From the NCBI RefSeq assembly GCF_018977255.1, contig NW_024704749.1, forward strand, positions 7,378,001-7,442,000: 64,000 nucleotides of DNA, written 5' to 3'. The translations under genes were made by a program, and so were the position numbers. Below are positions 12,201 through 34,936 of this stretch, in pieces. The notes below the pieces were generated by a model, which did no database searches, was not told the DNA's origin, and was given only the letters and a program-made list of their open reading frames with translations. How positions within the stretch are numbered: position 1 is the first letter of the stretch; every line of letters starts with the position of its first letter. This DNA comes from Callorhinchus milii (taxonomy: Eukaryota).

Positions 12201-15200
12201 TTTAGATATTTTCAAGGATTTTCTTGTAATGGAAGTAAGCCTGATGCCAGTGCAACATAATAGTATGGGACTGGTATATTGGGCCTGAAATTCTACTTTG
12301 TCTTCGCCTGTAAAGTGATTTTATCGTGTTTTAAGATCACACAGAATTGTGAGAATTTCTTGAATTCAGTTTTAACTTGGAAGTTGTGGCTTTAAGAACA
12401 TTCAACTTGCTAATTAAAGCTGAATGTAAAACGTTTCTACAATTCTACGTAATTGAAAATAAAGTACGATATCTTGCAGGCCAGGACTAAGTGGAATTTC
12501 GGGTCTGTTGTCTGCAGAAATGACTCCCAATGCAATCAGGCAGCTGCCTTCTCTCCACCTTCAACATTAAGCAATCTATAGTTGGGTACAAAATCAGCTG
12601 GCGCAGAATCAATTCTTATCCTTCAGATTGGATCCTCCATACTTTAAAGCTCCTACTGAGGTAGATTGTTTCAGTGAATGCATCTTGTATACTAATTGCT
12701 GTGTGTGTGTTTCAGGAGTGGCTGATGGGGTTGGAGGCTGGCGAGATTATGGAGTTGATCCTTCCCAGTTCTCAGGTACTCTGATGCGAACCTGCGAGCG
12801 TCTGGTAAGAGAAGGACGCTTTATACCCACCAACCCTGTAGGAATCCTAACCGCGAGCTACTGTGAACTACTACAGAACAAAGTCCCATTGCTAGGTATG
12901 TATATTGATGAACCACAAAATAAGTTGTATGTTATAAATTTTCTTTCTCTTAACTAACTTAAATCTACATAATTTCCATATAATCCCGATGTTGCTGGTT
13001 TATTCTCATCCCGTTGAGTGTCAGATAGTTATTTGAAAGATTTGAGTTTTAATTAAAAATTATTCAGTGAGCTGGTTATTCTGAATGTTTACAGTTTCAC
13101 CTTACACTAGGTATATACATGCTCACAAACCCTGTTTGTAGGGTTTGGCTATGTGTTATTGAAGCCTAAAAATATATTTGTTTTAGTGAATGGTTGACTG
13201 TGATCCAACACAATTATGTTTTAAGGAGCGTGTTGCAATTGTTTAGTGTAGTTCTTTGTGGGTCCATCTACAATAGAGCTGAAACAATTTAGTTGTTCAA
13301 AAATGGTGAAAAACTACAATAGCAATTCAATGCACCCAACCGTAAAACGTTTAAGTATTGTGTGACGGGCATATCACTGAAACTCTTCACATTAAATCTT
13401 GTATTGGCTTTTTTTTTAAAAAATGGAGTCAGGCTTCCTTCTCACACTGCAACTGATAGAATCAATTCTCATTGCAGGCAGCAGTACAGCCTGTTTAGTA
13501 ATTCTGGACAGAAGTAGTCACCGGCTGCACACAGCCAACCTGGGAGATTCCGGCTTTCTGGTGGTTCGAGGCGGAGAAGTGGTTCATCGGTCAGATGAGC
13601 AGCAACATTATTTTAATACCCCTTTCCAATTGTCGATAGCACCGCCTGAAGCAGAAGGTGTTGTTCTCAGTGACAGGTAAAGTGCTAGTGTTTCAATTAT
13701 TCCTGAAAATCTTATCAAATATCTGCTGATTTTTAAAATAAGACCTTGGTTTAATTTGACTTGGAAATAACTTAATTTCTTCTCTCCTGGAATTGACCAC
13801 AGTGCAAGCTCCCCCTCCCCCCTTTCCTCTGGACCTTCAAAAAGAGGGGAGTAGGGTTAAGTAATGAAAATGGCAATGCTGAACATGTATAACTAAACAT
13901 TTTGTTTAATTCGACCTTTGGGGATTTGAGATTGTGTTTAGCATTTTAAACTGTAGCTAATTATGTTTACGAGCAGCAGAGAGAAAGCACATACTCACGT
14001 CCGATTTTTTTGAGTAAGGTCTCAAGTGAACCGAATAAGATACCATTCTAGAGCAGGGTTGCCAAGCACTGCATTAAAATATTTACTGTGTTTCTTGGTG
14101 AAGGCTGAAACGGTTAGTAAATGTGACCATGTGATGCTTGTTTCACATTCCAGTCACTACTGAAATTTGCCAACAGTACATAGTTCATTGAAGGAAAATT
14201 TCAGGCTGGCACTATTCCCAGTGCATGGTTCAGGGAAAATCTCAAGAAGGTCTTTTTTTAATGAGTGTGCTATTTAAAATCCCACTCTGACAATATACTG
14301 TAAATTAGGAAATGCTGTAGTATTCTATGTCCCAAATTTTGCAGAAAGCTAATTTTGTAATCTAGCAAGTATCCGTCAACAGAATTTATAATTTATCAAA
14401 ATGTAAATTGCCCAGAATTTTTCACAATTTACAATTTGTAAGCCTCATTTGCACCATTCTTGTAGCCACCTGGATTACTGTTGCAGAAAATCTCTTGCTA
14501 ACCTCTCTCATGACCAGTTCTGACCCGGTGAGTGAATTTAACCAGCTGTTTGGTATATGGGACTCTTTTCAATTAATAGATTACACAGGAAATGCCATTA
14601 CCTTGGAGGTTGCCAGTTTATCAAGATCTGACTCGCAAGCATCTTCTCGAAGTAGTAATTTCTGCGCGTCATTTGTCTGATCCCGTGTCTCTCTCCTTCA
14701 CAGCCCAGAAGCTGCGGACCGTACCACGTTTGACGTCCAAATAGGAGACATAATCTTGACAGCAACTGATGGATTATTTGATAACATGCCTGACTACATG
14801 ATCTTACAAGAGCTGAAGAAACTTAAGGTATTTGTGTTGTGGAACATAAATTCTAGAGCAATATAAATTTTAGCTTTTTTTAAACTGCCTCGTTTGTGGG
14901 TAAAGGGCCTGTTTTAAATTTTGAAGTGAAATAGTGATTCCTGAAACTACATAGTATAAATATTTAGATATAATCCAATAAAAAAATTGTTTAAATATTT
15001 TACACTGAGTAATGGCATGAGTACATTTGTATTACAACAAAAACAACAAAATTACATTTGTATACCACCTTTCACATTGGGAGGACGTCCCAAGGCGCTG
15101 GACAGACAGAGTTACGGACCCGGGGTGGGGGAGGGTGGAGGGCAGGGGGGGGGAAGCAAGGAGAACGAAAGCACAGTCGAAAAAGAGGATCTTGAAGGTG

Positions 15201-16500
15201 GCGAGGGAGGGGGCGAGACGGAGGGACTGCGGGATGCTTATAGCTTAATAAGCTTTTTTTTAAAAAAAAACTTAATCTGTCTTCATTACAAATTTATTTT
15301 TACCAATGGGTCTGAAAATGGTGTGCGAGTAACCTGTAGGATAATTGTAAAGGAAAGTGAGAGTCAAGGTGTGCAGGAGAGTGGATTATGGTCCTGTTAA
15401 ACTCATTTACACGCTCCGTTGATTGAAACAATGAATATGTTTGAACTCCCGTTCCACTCCTTATTCACGTGGTCTTTTCATGCTGCCAGAGTGCTAGATT
15501 GTATGAATTTACATATCCTTGGGTGTACTACTGTCACCCATAATGGATGGCAGATCCTTTGGAGCCTCTGGGGGGTTGAAGCTGTCTTTTTCAATCACCA
15601 AGATTTGTGACTGACGTGTCATTTACAGGAGACCAATTATGAAAGTATTCAGCAAACGGCAAGAAGCATCGCAGAACAAGCCCATGAACTGGCATATGAT
15701 CCACACTACATGTCTCCATTTGCACAGTTTGCATGTGATAACGGACTGAACGTACGGGGTAAGGGCACTAATCATTACCATGCGTTTACTCGGTGAGGAG
15801 ATGTTTAATTTTCACATGGAGAAGAATTTAGCCTCTTTTCCACTTTAGTTCTGTTTAAATTTTGATTGGTTCAAAAATATCCAGGGTTAGTATTGAGCAT
15901 GGTGATAGTTGGGAGTAATAAGGTGCTGGATGCAGGATAAGGTGATCTTCAGCTTGGCACAAGAATGCATCTCAGTCAGACTCAGAAAAGCGTTATGCTA
16001 ATTGTTACTACCTACGATAGCCATTTCCCTTGCCAGCCATTTCAGCTATCCTGCCGTATTGTTCAGTAACATTGGTTTTATCTAATTCAATGGTGATTTA
16101 TGTTTTGCGGCGGTGGTGGGAATGCAATCAAGATGGCCCTTGCCCTGAATCGTTCCACAGCTTGTAAACTAGCAACAGGCAAATTGATGAGGGAATGAAG
16201 CCTGTTTTAATCATTTAATGTATTAGTTGATCTACTGCTCTATAAACATTGGGAGTGGACCAGTTACCCCTGACATTGCCCCAAGAGGCTTTCAAGTTGC
16301 AGGAAGATCAAAATTTGGAAAAATATTTGTTTTGTGATTTGAGATGAAGCAAATACTTAGATATGATCAGAACAAAGCCTGTTCTTATGGAATTAATTCG
16401 CTTTGCAAATGACTAATTTTGTTTTTTTTCTCTCTCTCCAGGAGGTAAACCAGATGACATCACTGTTCTACTGTCAATAGTAGCAGAATATACAGACTAG
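5927..16500 (+). CDS. PPTC7: PTC7 protein phosphatase homolog (PP2C family), 297 aa. Exons: 5927-6128, 12716-12895, 13478-13676, 14704-14827, 15629-15758, 16442-16500
   Basis: [93 protein letters not shown]. Exon lengths sum to 894 nt with canonical splice sites. Confidence 0.98.
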
Positions 16501-19500
16501 CAGTTTCAAAGGCATGGACACTTAAAACTAGATATCTTATTCCACTGTGTCCTGCTGGCAGGACCTGGTTTTCCGAATTATAACTTGTCTCAAAGGCCAG
16601 CCATTGCTGAGGCGAATATCCACTTCAGTTACTGCAAATATTTAATGCTGAAAACCACTACTTTCATTTGTTTCTGCTAGCAAGAAAATTTTTCTTAAAT
16701 TCTATCTATCACACACCCTTGCTCATGGGAAATAGAAAACCAATCTCTTCTACCAGTACTATGGTACTTTAATAGGTCAGTAATTCGAGATCCAAAAGGA
16801 AAGTTGGTCTGTAAGGCGTATGGAAATTGAAAGATTTTTTTGGTCATTAAATTAATGATGCCATTTACATGCATGGAAGAGGGGCAGCGGGATTGTAACC
16901 ACTGATGGAAATTTGAACCTGCAGAATTTTCTTTATTTGAGCAATGTAGAAATTCTCTGAGAATCATTAAAGATTTGCATACATAGCTATCACCCAATCC
17001 GTATAACGTAATAACTTTTGGGTTGATAACATAATCGCTGACCTCTAATGTCCTAACTGGTCAGTGTTCCTGCCAGTTTAAGTGTGCCGAGAACTTCATG
17101 GGGTTAATTATCTAGACTTCTCTGGATAGTTTCTTAAGTAGGGAACGACAGTGTCAGAAATGTTTCAACATATAGCCCTCGGGGAGTTATTTAAAGCCAT
17201 GTTTTAACTTTTTAAATGATAAAAATCAGGTAACTTATTTTGAGAGATTTTGTTTTAATGTTAAAGTTACTCGTGTACAAAGTCAGATTTTCTAATGTTT
17301 CATCCTAGCTGTACTGTATATTAGCACAACTGTTAATTTAAGTTATTTTTACATGTACTGTGTACATGTCGTTTTACTATTTAAATGAACATCATGCTTG
17401 TAATAGGCATTTCATTTTATATTTTGAGTTAGTCGCATGTAAAACAATAATTTTGTACTCGTATTCCTGATTTGACAGAAATTATATGTACTTATGCTCA
17501 AAGATTCACTGCCCGTTTTGAATATTGGTTTTAATCTTTGTTTTGGCTCGGAATGCTTTTGAAGCACAATTGTTTCTTTTGATGTATCCAGTATTTTGGT
17601 GGCTGGCAGACAGTATAGATGCTTGAAGCTTCCAATCCAGTTCCAGTGACTTATATATTATTGCCTCATGAAATTATTCTGAAAAGTCGCAGGCTTTATC
17701 AAATTTGGTGGGAAGGGGTTACTAAAACAATCCATATGGGACAATTCTTTGGCAGGTTTGTACTAAAAGCACAGAACTTTTTGCCTAAAAGCAGCGTATT
17801 CCATGGCTCGATCTACAGCAATCCATGTTTTTTCCGTCTTTCAAATCGCTGCATTAAATATTGGAAATCCTACAAGTGTTGGTTTCTGTGGATGCAAGAG
17901 CTTCAAAATGCCAGTCAGTGTCTTCCTTTCTAGTGATTTCAGATTTGTCAGAGTTACTGGGTTTGACTATCTGTATGCACTGAATTTTACTTTAGACACT
18001 TTAACAATTGTAGAACAGAATTTTGGTACAGATTTACCCAATGCAATGCCCAAATAACAGTAGCTTATTTCAGCTTTCAATATTCAGTGTTGCTTCATGT
18101 TAGTTTTTTTTAAATTAATTGTACACACTGAAGCTCTCCAGCGTGTTACCAGAAAGCTAAAGTGGCTTTGACAGTGAGGCCTTATTTATGCTCCAAACCA
18201 ATGTTTAGACTACTTTAAGAACTTTAATGGTCAAGTTTATATTTTTGTACAACTGGGTCTAAGTGCAAAGTAGTTTTTAAGTCGGCAGATCAAAATAATC
18301 AAACTCAAACTGTTTGCCAGGCTAAAAATGCTGGATTGTAAAGTTTAAAATTTCAATGCAATTATATCATTCACAACAGAACTGTTCCCTTTCAAATCTT
18401 TCTGTCGGGCTTGAGTTCACACCAAAGACCAGAACTAGCTTTCTCCTCTTCTATCCTGCTACCCACACAAAAAAAAACTACACCGATTAGTTGAGCAATA
18501 CTGTACTGAAACTTGTTTGTGGTTCTGCTCTGGGTTTGTGTGTTATTTTAGATTTGTTCCACAATGCACTACTATGTTTCTGAGAGATTATGCTCGATTG
18601 GAGCCAAGTCTCTGTGTTCTTTTTTTTAAAAAAAAGCTGCTTGCGCACAAATAAAAGTAGTTAGACACAGGCTTGTTTACAGATCCTAGATAATATTCTG
18701 TAGGTAATAAACTGCACAGCAAGCTAACTCCTTAAAGAAGCCAAGCACCCTGATGCCTCGCCCATTTGCTAAAGATGCGAAGCTAAGCCATACAGAACCA
18801 AAGGTTGCAGGTTGAAATCAGTCTTTGCTGGGCTTTATGTTGGTCTTAACTGCAGTTTGTGCAGTTACCTTGCCACCCAAGCCAAGAAAGGAGGATAAGC
18901 AAGCAACCTGAGATTCTTCATGTGATCTCATCCATCGCCTTGGATCATCCTAACGCGAAAGGCACTACACAAATGTAATATTGTATTGTATCCCCTTTGC
19001 TGGAAAGCGTATGGGATGAGGACTACTCGTATTCCTTATATTTGATATATCGCTTGATAACTTCAATATGTCTCAAAAAGTGCTTTACAGGTGAAATTTA
19101 CTTTTTTTTTAAAATCGGCAAATGTGCAACCCAGTTTTGCACAATAGACCCCACAAACAGCCAACGGTCAGTTTAAATGGAGGATTGTTGGCCTGGAAAA
19201 TGGCAGAAACTCCCTTTGAATAGAATTGTGGGATCTTTAACATCCACCTTAACAGGAAGACTTGGTTTAACGTGCTGTTAATCGGTCACACCTCTAACAA
19301 TGCAGTGTTCCTCCAGGTCGGCTTTGGAATGTCAGACTAGATTCGAACTCCAATCCCAACATGGGGCTTGAACCCTTGACTGTTTGACCCAGGGGTGAGC
19401 ATGCCATCGAGCAGTCAAAGATTGGGCTTGGCTATGACGTCCACTGAGGTCAAACAACTTGATGTCTTCCAAGTGAATGAGCACCTTGGCAAGATGACTG

Positions 19501-19821
19501 GTCCTGGTAGAACCTTGATAGAGGGTCTTTGGGGGGATGGAGAGAGTAAAAGTCCAGTTGACAATATCAGTAACATTTAAGTTCCATACTTTTTAAACCT
19601 CTTTATTCAGTTAGCTTGTTTTTTGGAGAATGCAACACAGAGAAAATTAGTATATACAGTAATCTAGAGAAGATATACGCCATCTCAAAATGAAAGCTGA
19701 CGTTTTTGGTCATGTAAGAGTAAGTTGTGTGACTGACATCTGCTTTAACTGTAGGGTAAATAGAAATGCAAGAATAGTAATGTACATATGTTTGTTGCAA
19801 AGCTGTACAGATGATATATTT

Positions 19822-19827
19822 AATAAA
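19822..19827 (+). terminator. Probable distal poly(A) signal of PPTC7 (3' UTR about 3.3 kb)
   Basis: AATAAA preceded by TGTA elements and followed by T-rich sequence. An earlier AATAAA occurs near 18650. Confidence 0.55.
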
Positions 19828-19949
19828 ATTCTATAGTATTTATACTAATGAGTTATTTTATTTCATCCAATTTGGTGAATTATAAGAATCGGTAAGTTTA
19901 CAACACAGAAGGAAGGGATTGGGTATTGCCATTATCTTGGTGCTACCCT

Positions 19950-20850
19950 TAGAATCATAGAATCGTACAGCACAAAAAGAGGCCATTCGGCCCATCGAGT
20001 CTGTGCCGGCTCTTTGAATAGAGCAATTAATGTCAGTCCCACTCCCCAGCCCTTTCCCCATAACCCTGCAAACCCGTCCTCCTCAAATACCCGTCCACCG
20101 CGTTTTTAAATGTAGTTATCGAATTGGCCTCGACCTCCCTTTCAGGCAATGCGTTCCAGTTCGTACAACTCGCTGCGTGAAAAAAAAATTCTCACCTCCC
20201 CTCTGCTTTCAGAGACTATTTTGAATCTGTGATCTCGAGTGGAATCAGTTTCTACCTCTCTAACCTATCAAATTCCCTCATGATTTTGAAGAGCTCTATT
20301 AGATCTCCTTGTAACCTCTGCGCCAATGAGAATAATCCTGGCCTCTCCAGCCTTTCCTCATAATCAAGGTCCCTCATTCCTGGTACCATCCTCGTAAATC
20401 TCCTCTGCACCCTTTCCAATCCTTAACATCCTTCCTATAGTGCGGTGCCCAAAACTGGGCGCAGTATTCCAACTGAGGCCTATCCAGTGTTTTATATAGG
20501 TTTTATATGGGTTAATCATAACCTCCTGACTCTTGTACTCTATACCCCTATTTATAAAGCCTGGTATCATATATGCCCTTTTGACAGCTTTATCTACCTG
20601 TCCTGCCACCTTCCAGGATTCATTTACCTGCACCCCCGGTCTCTCTGTTCTTTTACCCCCCTTAAGATTGTATTACCAGCCTATATTGCCTCCCCTCATT
20701 CTTTCTACCAAAATGCATTACTTTGCATTTCTCCACATTGAAATTCATCTGCTATGCATGTGTCTGCCCATTTTATCATTCTGTCTATCTTCCTGCAGTT
20801 GGCTGCTATCCTTCTCACTGTTTACTACCCTACCTAACTCTGTTTAATCT
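19950..20850 (-). mobile_element. CR1-clade (HER1-like) LINE 3' fragment, frameshifted
   Basis: Remnant KVAGQVDKAVKRAYMIPGFINRGIEYKSQEVM resembles the CR1 ORF2 C-terminus. The 3' end is ATGGGCCGAATGGCCTC..TGTGCTGTACGATTCTATGATTCTA. Confidence 0.85.
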
Positions 20851-20965
20851 CATTTACCTGTTGTGAATGATGGAGTGGTAGATCTCCCTAGAACACACAT
20901 TAGAAAGTAATATATTGGTGAAGAAAAACAAATGACCAATATCAATGAACTGCCTCGATCATAAT

Positions 20966-20971
20966 TTTATT
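20966..20971 (-). terminator. Probable poly(A) signal of RAD9B
   Basis: TTTATT on the + strand about 530 nt past the stop. Other candidates lie near 21036 and 21155. Confidence 0.45.
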
Positions 20972-21501
20972 TATAATCAAAACATCACACTCAGAAAACA
21001 ATGCCATGTCTAAACTACCATACATTTGGCTAATTTTATTACTATTATGAAAATTGATCTGCAAAAATTGAGTATTAGTGTATTAACAAGTTTTAACACA
21101 ATTACATTTTGAAAAGACTTCCTGTAATTTTTTTTACTGCCAAGCATGTAAAAGTTTATTACTGGAACCCAAAACATTGCACAACTTAGGCTGTTGGAGC
21201 TATTGCAATTTTAAAAGCCTGGTAAATGTGACTGTGTAATGCCCACAAATTGCTGATTGTAAATACACATTCTGTATTTCATTACATAAATAAGTCTTTT
21301 GGTTTTACTGAACAATACTCATTTAAATAGTTGTGGTGCTCTAAGGTAAGCCATTCCACGCCCATTTGGTTTGTCAACTGTTTCACAACTCAATGAAAAA
21401 TACTTAATTGGCCTATAGTGAAATCTTGTTTCCCACACTCAAATGCAGTATCTCTTTTGTAAGATACCTTGGTGTGTTATCCAGGTAAACTACCTTTCGG
21501 A

Positions 21502-29597
<8,096 letters not shown>

Positions 29598-30431
29598 GGC
29601 GGCTGTCTCCCCCACCTTCCTCCTCCTCCTCTTCCTCCTCCCCTCCCCCCCCCCCCCGCCCCGCCCCTTGGATGTCTTCCTCTGCGCTCTCGGAGCTCGG
29701 GCCAAGGTCAAGACCTGCCCTTTCCTCCGCAGTCGGACGTGTGTATTTTCTCCCTGAAAGAAAGGCGCCGCCTTTTCGACGCCGGGGGTCTTTTCTCCGG
29801 GCCGCCTGTTGGGGGACGTAACCGCGTGCCCCGGTCGGCGCCAGGCCCGGTCGGCGCCCTGCGCAGGCGCGTTTTTTCCCGGGCTGCCTCTGCGCACGCG
29901 CCCTGATGGTCCGGGCCGCCTGGCATCGCCCCGCCCCTCGACCGTTATTCCCCGGAATTTGAAACGCGCGCGGCGTGCGTGGCGTGAGCGGTGCGCGAGC
30001 GAGCGCTGCCGGCGTCGGCGTCCGAAGCTGTCCAGTCTACCCGCCCGCCCCGGAGAGCGAGCGGGACTGCAGCGACCGCCGCGAGGAGGCGCTCCGCTCC
30101 GGCAGTTAGCGACACGCAGGAAGCACGCAGGCTGCGGGGGGTGGTGCGGAGAGGGGGGGGCGGGGCAGCGAGCTATTTGCAGGGAAGTTGCGAAAAACGC
30201 GATTTCCCCCCCTCCCCCGCCCCGCCCGCCCGCGCCTCCCCCCCCTCTTGGATGTGTCCGCGGGCGGCTGCCGTCGGGACCTGAGTCAGGCATCCGATTG
30301 GTCGCCTCACGCCGCGGTTTGCCCCGGACGCTCGCGCTCTTGTCTCGGGTGGTGGTGGTGGTGAGGAGGAAGAGGAGGAGGAGGAGCCGCCGCTTGTGGC
30401 GGATAGCGGGGGAAATAAAGGAGAAAAAAAA

Positions 30432-33400
30432 ATGGTGAGTCAGCGGCTCTTCTCGCGTGACGAGCGATGCGGAGAGCCGTCAGCGGGCGGGCGGGGTGGG
30501 GGGATACCACAGAAACTGGTGCCGGGGTTTGGGGCCTGGCGGCAGGTCGGTCGGTCACTCGGAGCCTGCGGCCTAGCGCTGGTCACATGACCCGCACCCC
30601 CCCACCCACCCGCACCCACACCCACACACACACACCATTCCCCCCCAAACTCTCTCTCCAAGGGCAGCACATAGTGGGTGGGTGGGTGGGTGGGGGAGGC
30701 TGGGGCCCTTCACCCAGCCCAGGGCCCTGTGTCCCTGGCTTTCCCCGGGTGCTTTGCCCACCTTTTCCAACCGTTTGGGGTTTTTTTTTAAAAAAAAATG
30801 TCTCGAGTCACACCTATGATCCCCCACCACCCCCCCCCCCCCACCCCACCCACCCCCACCAGCACCCATGATAGTCATCCTCCTTGCATTTAGAGACAGC
30901 GCCTTATCCCACACACCGTTGAGAGCTGTTCTCGAAAAGCGCCTCACGGGATACACCGTCGGACTAAAATCTTGTCGCCTCCATCCACTTATTCTTGAAT
31001 CTGGAATACTGACATTGATGAGTGGTCCCACATAAACCCCCTCCCCCCTCCCCCATTAATTAATTCGGATTCGTTGCCAATGTTTACATGGGTTCCTGTG
31101 TGCGTGCGTGTGTGTGTGTGTGTCTGCGTAGCACCCACATAGCCAACACATAATGAGATGTTGCTGTTCGCCCACAAAATCCACAGTTGATCCACTTTAC
31201 AGCGTATCCTGTGAAACACTTTTGAGACGTCTTAATGGCTATAAGGTGCTATATGGAGGGCACGGATTATTTATGATTATTAGGTATAGTTTGCATGATG
31301 TTAGGGGGCAAAGGGAATAGAGTCGCAATACAGCTTGAGGGTTAGGAGGGGTTGAGGCTGACAAGCACCAGGCATTGACTGGCTGGGCTGAATGGCCTGT
31401 TTCTATGCTGTGTCAAATGCTGTTTACCATTCGTGGGTAATTCAATGTTGCAAGATGGCAAATTAATAAAATCTGCTCATTTTGAAGTCTTGAGTGTGCA
31501 GAAAATTGGGAGGATTTTTTCAGGGAAAAGTAGGAGGTTAGATTTTATAATGGAGCCATTTTTCAATAAATAAGATGGTTTGGGTAAAACCTTTCAAGCT
31601 GGTCGCTGAAGAATGGAACAATAAATCTAGATTAAAAAGGTGTCCAAAATTACATGGCCATAATGTTGGATATTTTAACTGTGGAAAGTTTTGTCCAGGT
31701 TATGCTTTTGTGTAGGCCTCTTGTTGAAATTTATAGCGAGTTGATTTTCTGATTCTTTTTTTTCTGGTGATTTTGTTAAAAGCTTTTGTTTTTCTTTTAA
31801 TTTTCACCTGTCTACAATCAACCTCTATTTCGTTAAGGCTGGTCACCGTGTAAGTTACTCTCTCAACTAGCTTTTCATTGGTGGTGTCAAGACCCTAACA
31901 GTTAGTACAGTTTATAGCTTGTAACTTGCAGGCCTAATTCAAACAGATTTCCAAATGGATTTGTAGATTTCTAATATTGGTTAGGGAACAAATCTGTGAC
32001 CCAGTTCACATCAGCTCTTTGTCTTTCAAATTCTATTTCTGGTCTTTTTTACTCTCCGAATCCATCAATACTATTACTTTACAAATATCTACTCCTTCAT
32101 TCTGCTTCTAAAACATCTTCCATGAAACTATCATCTTTAAGGTTGATTGGTTTCTGCAATGGGTGGTTCAATCAATAGCAAAACATCCTGTTCTGTCTCT
32201 TTTCTTTCCTTTGCTCCACATTCATCTTGAAACACTGTAAAACACTGTAAACAAGCCTACCAAACATCTAATGAATTTTGGGGGCTTGTTTAATTTTTAA
32301 AAAATTGATTGAATGACCTGTGACAACAGATCTGTTTGAATTACTTACTGTCTGGCTGGTTTATATCAAACTGTCAACCAGAGCAGATAAGCGCATATAT
32401 ATTGAGTTGAGGCCAGTTACTTTAGGCTATGGAGTGATATATTTTCTTCACTTTTCGCTATTGCCTTGTAAATATTCCTGCTAACCGTGTGCTTGCATTT
32501 GCTTAATCTAACCCTGTTTCAAATAAAAAGTCTTGTTTAGAGTTTACATTTGTGGTGCAAGACCTGGACTGCATTTTCCACTTCCCAACATCTAGTTATT
32601 AGCAAACGTTTGTTTCAATTTCATAACCTGCTGGGAGAAATTAAAAACCGGTCTTTTCATTAAAAGCTGTGTTTTCTAGGATGCTTAAAGTAAATTCAAG
32701 TAATTTGGGGGTGGGTGGGGGAATGAACTTGTATCCTAATCAGAATATGTTTTGAGAGTTGCAGACCTTTAGTCAAGATGGTAATAGATTGTTTTTTTGG
32801 TTAATCAGTCTCATCAGAGTTGTGTTACTTTGTTGGTCGGAAGGGTAAAGAGGTAAGTTTCATCATGTAGAACAGAATTAAGATAGAATTTGAGAAAATA
32901 GATCTACATTACATAAGGCTATGTAAAAGAGTGGGACCAAGTAGGGGAGGGTTGTGCTTTATTGTACAAGGAATGAATGAACCCCACAATCTGCTCATTG
33001 CTTTTCCACAAACGGCAAACATCTGTCTGGATGCTGTTTAAATACCTTTAAAGACACGCGTGAGCGTGTGCCATTCAGGATGATGATGATTTACCAATTT
33101 ATAATCCCGGCTCCTGCTTCAGCAGATTTTTCATTAAGTTCTGCTGCTTAGAACATCAATTATTGTTAAAATGCTCTGGTAGTACAGGAGGGACGGGATG
33201 TGAATTGTGGTGAGCCAAACTGATTTGTTGTTCGTTGTTGTCTGTCTCCACCGCTTCTGAAGTTGGTGCTGGTATTAGGAGACCTTCACATCCCCCATCG
33301 CTGCAACACGCTGCCAGCCAAGTTCAAGAAGTTGCTGGTGCCGGGTAAGATCCAGCACATCCTGTGTACGGGCAACCTTTGCACCAAAGAGAGCTACGAC

Positions 33401-34936
33401 TACCTTAAAACGCTGGCTGCAGATGTCCACATTGTCAGAGGTGACTTTGATGAGGTAAGCACCGTCTTTTTAGACATTGTTTCGTATTTTAGCTTGCTAA
33501 AAAAAAATCCCTCCCCTCCATCCACCTTCCTGCCTACCCTCATGGAAATGCCAAATCCTAATGGGATAGGCTTGGTGGAGTGTCAGCCTAACTGGAGAGA
33601 GAGGGGGAAATTTGCCTGACTTGTTTTAATGATATCTTCAAAGGTGAACTGTAGCTCCCTGTTTTTCAGGATGGCAATCTATCTGTTACAGACTTGTATT
33701 TCTCCAGTTCTTGGCTAGACACTGGGTAAGTTGTTACCGCTGCAGCCCTCGACCTTGGAGTACAGAAGCAATTGTTGCCGTTTCTGTTTCTCCATCCTTT
33801 GTTTTGCATTACCCTTGCCAGAAGTTACTGTAATAGTAATCCTTGCATTTGATATAGTGCCTTATCACGTCTTCCAAGACGTCTCAAAAGCACTTCATAG
33901 AATATACTGTAAAGTGAATTGACTTTATATTTTGTTCTTGCTTGAGTCATCCGTTCCAGGTGAAGGACGTGATCTATTCTTTGGGCCTTTTGTTTCAGAA
34001 CCTGAATTACCCTGAGCAGAAGGTGGTATCTGTGGGGCAGTTTAAAATCGGATTGATCCACGGGCACCAGGTCATTCCCTGGGGCGACATGGCCAGCTTG
34101 GCACTGCTACAGCGCCAGCTGGATGTGGACATCCTCATCTCCGGGCACACGCACAAGTTCGAGGCCTTCGAGCAAGAGAGCAAGTTCTACATCAACCCGG
34201 GCTCAGCCACGGGGGCATACAACGCACTGGAAAGGTGAGCGCTGTCGGAGAGCCGGCCTTTCAGACGTTTTACTCAAAGGGCAAAATGTCACCGCTGCTC
34301 GTACAGCGCCTTGGGACATCCTCGCAACGTGAAAGGCACTTTCATAACAAATGTAATTTGTTGTCGTCGTTTCTTGCCGCCAGGTGGCACTAAATGCAAT
34401 AGGAGCATTCTCACTGGAGGTGCTGGTGTTTAGTTTTGTTTGCACCACGATCCCCCACAGTTGAGTTGTCAAAAAGCACTTTCATTCCGAATCTAGAGGC
34501 TGGACTATTAACTACATAATGGCGAGTCTCTATTCTCTAAATTTCAATCAATTTTTCTGTGCATTACTGTCAATCCTTCCTCACTCACTCAGTCGTGTTC
34601 ACGCAAGATATTTTTCTGGCAGCCGCGATCTGTAAAACGGCACCCAATTTCATCAGCAGGATCCTACTCTGGCAAAAATTAGTGTTTTTAATGTCTACTA
34701 TAAAATATTTGCTGTNAAAAAAAAAAGACTGGGGCCTGTTAACATAATGTCCTGGTCTGTGTGCGCATTGCTCTAGAAACTAACATCGCAAAATAATCCC
34801 CTCTGTTCTCTCTTCCAGCAATATCATCCCTTCGTTTGTATTGATGGATATCCAGGCATCGACGGTAGTCACTTACGTTTATCAGCTGATTGGCGATGAC
34901 GTGAAAGTAGAAAGAATTGAATACAAAAAATCCTAA
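30432..34936 (+). CDS. VPS29: Retromer subunit VPS29, 182 aa (186 aa with microexon). Exons: 30432-30434 (ATG only), optional 31838-31849, 33263-33454, 33999-34234, 34819-34936
   Basis: [41 protein letters not shown]../[32 protein letters not shown]../..[13 protein letters not shown]. 549 nt, canonical junctions. Confidence 0.98.
31838..31849 (+). CDS. VPS29: VPS29 12-nt alternative microexon encoding AGHR
   Basis: ttaag|GCTGGTCACCGT|gtaagt after a long pyrimidine tract. Matches the MAGHR N-terminus of the longer mammalian VPS29 isoform. Confidence 0.88.
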
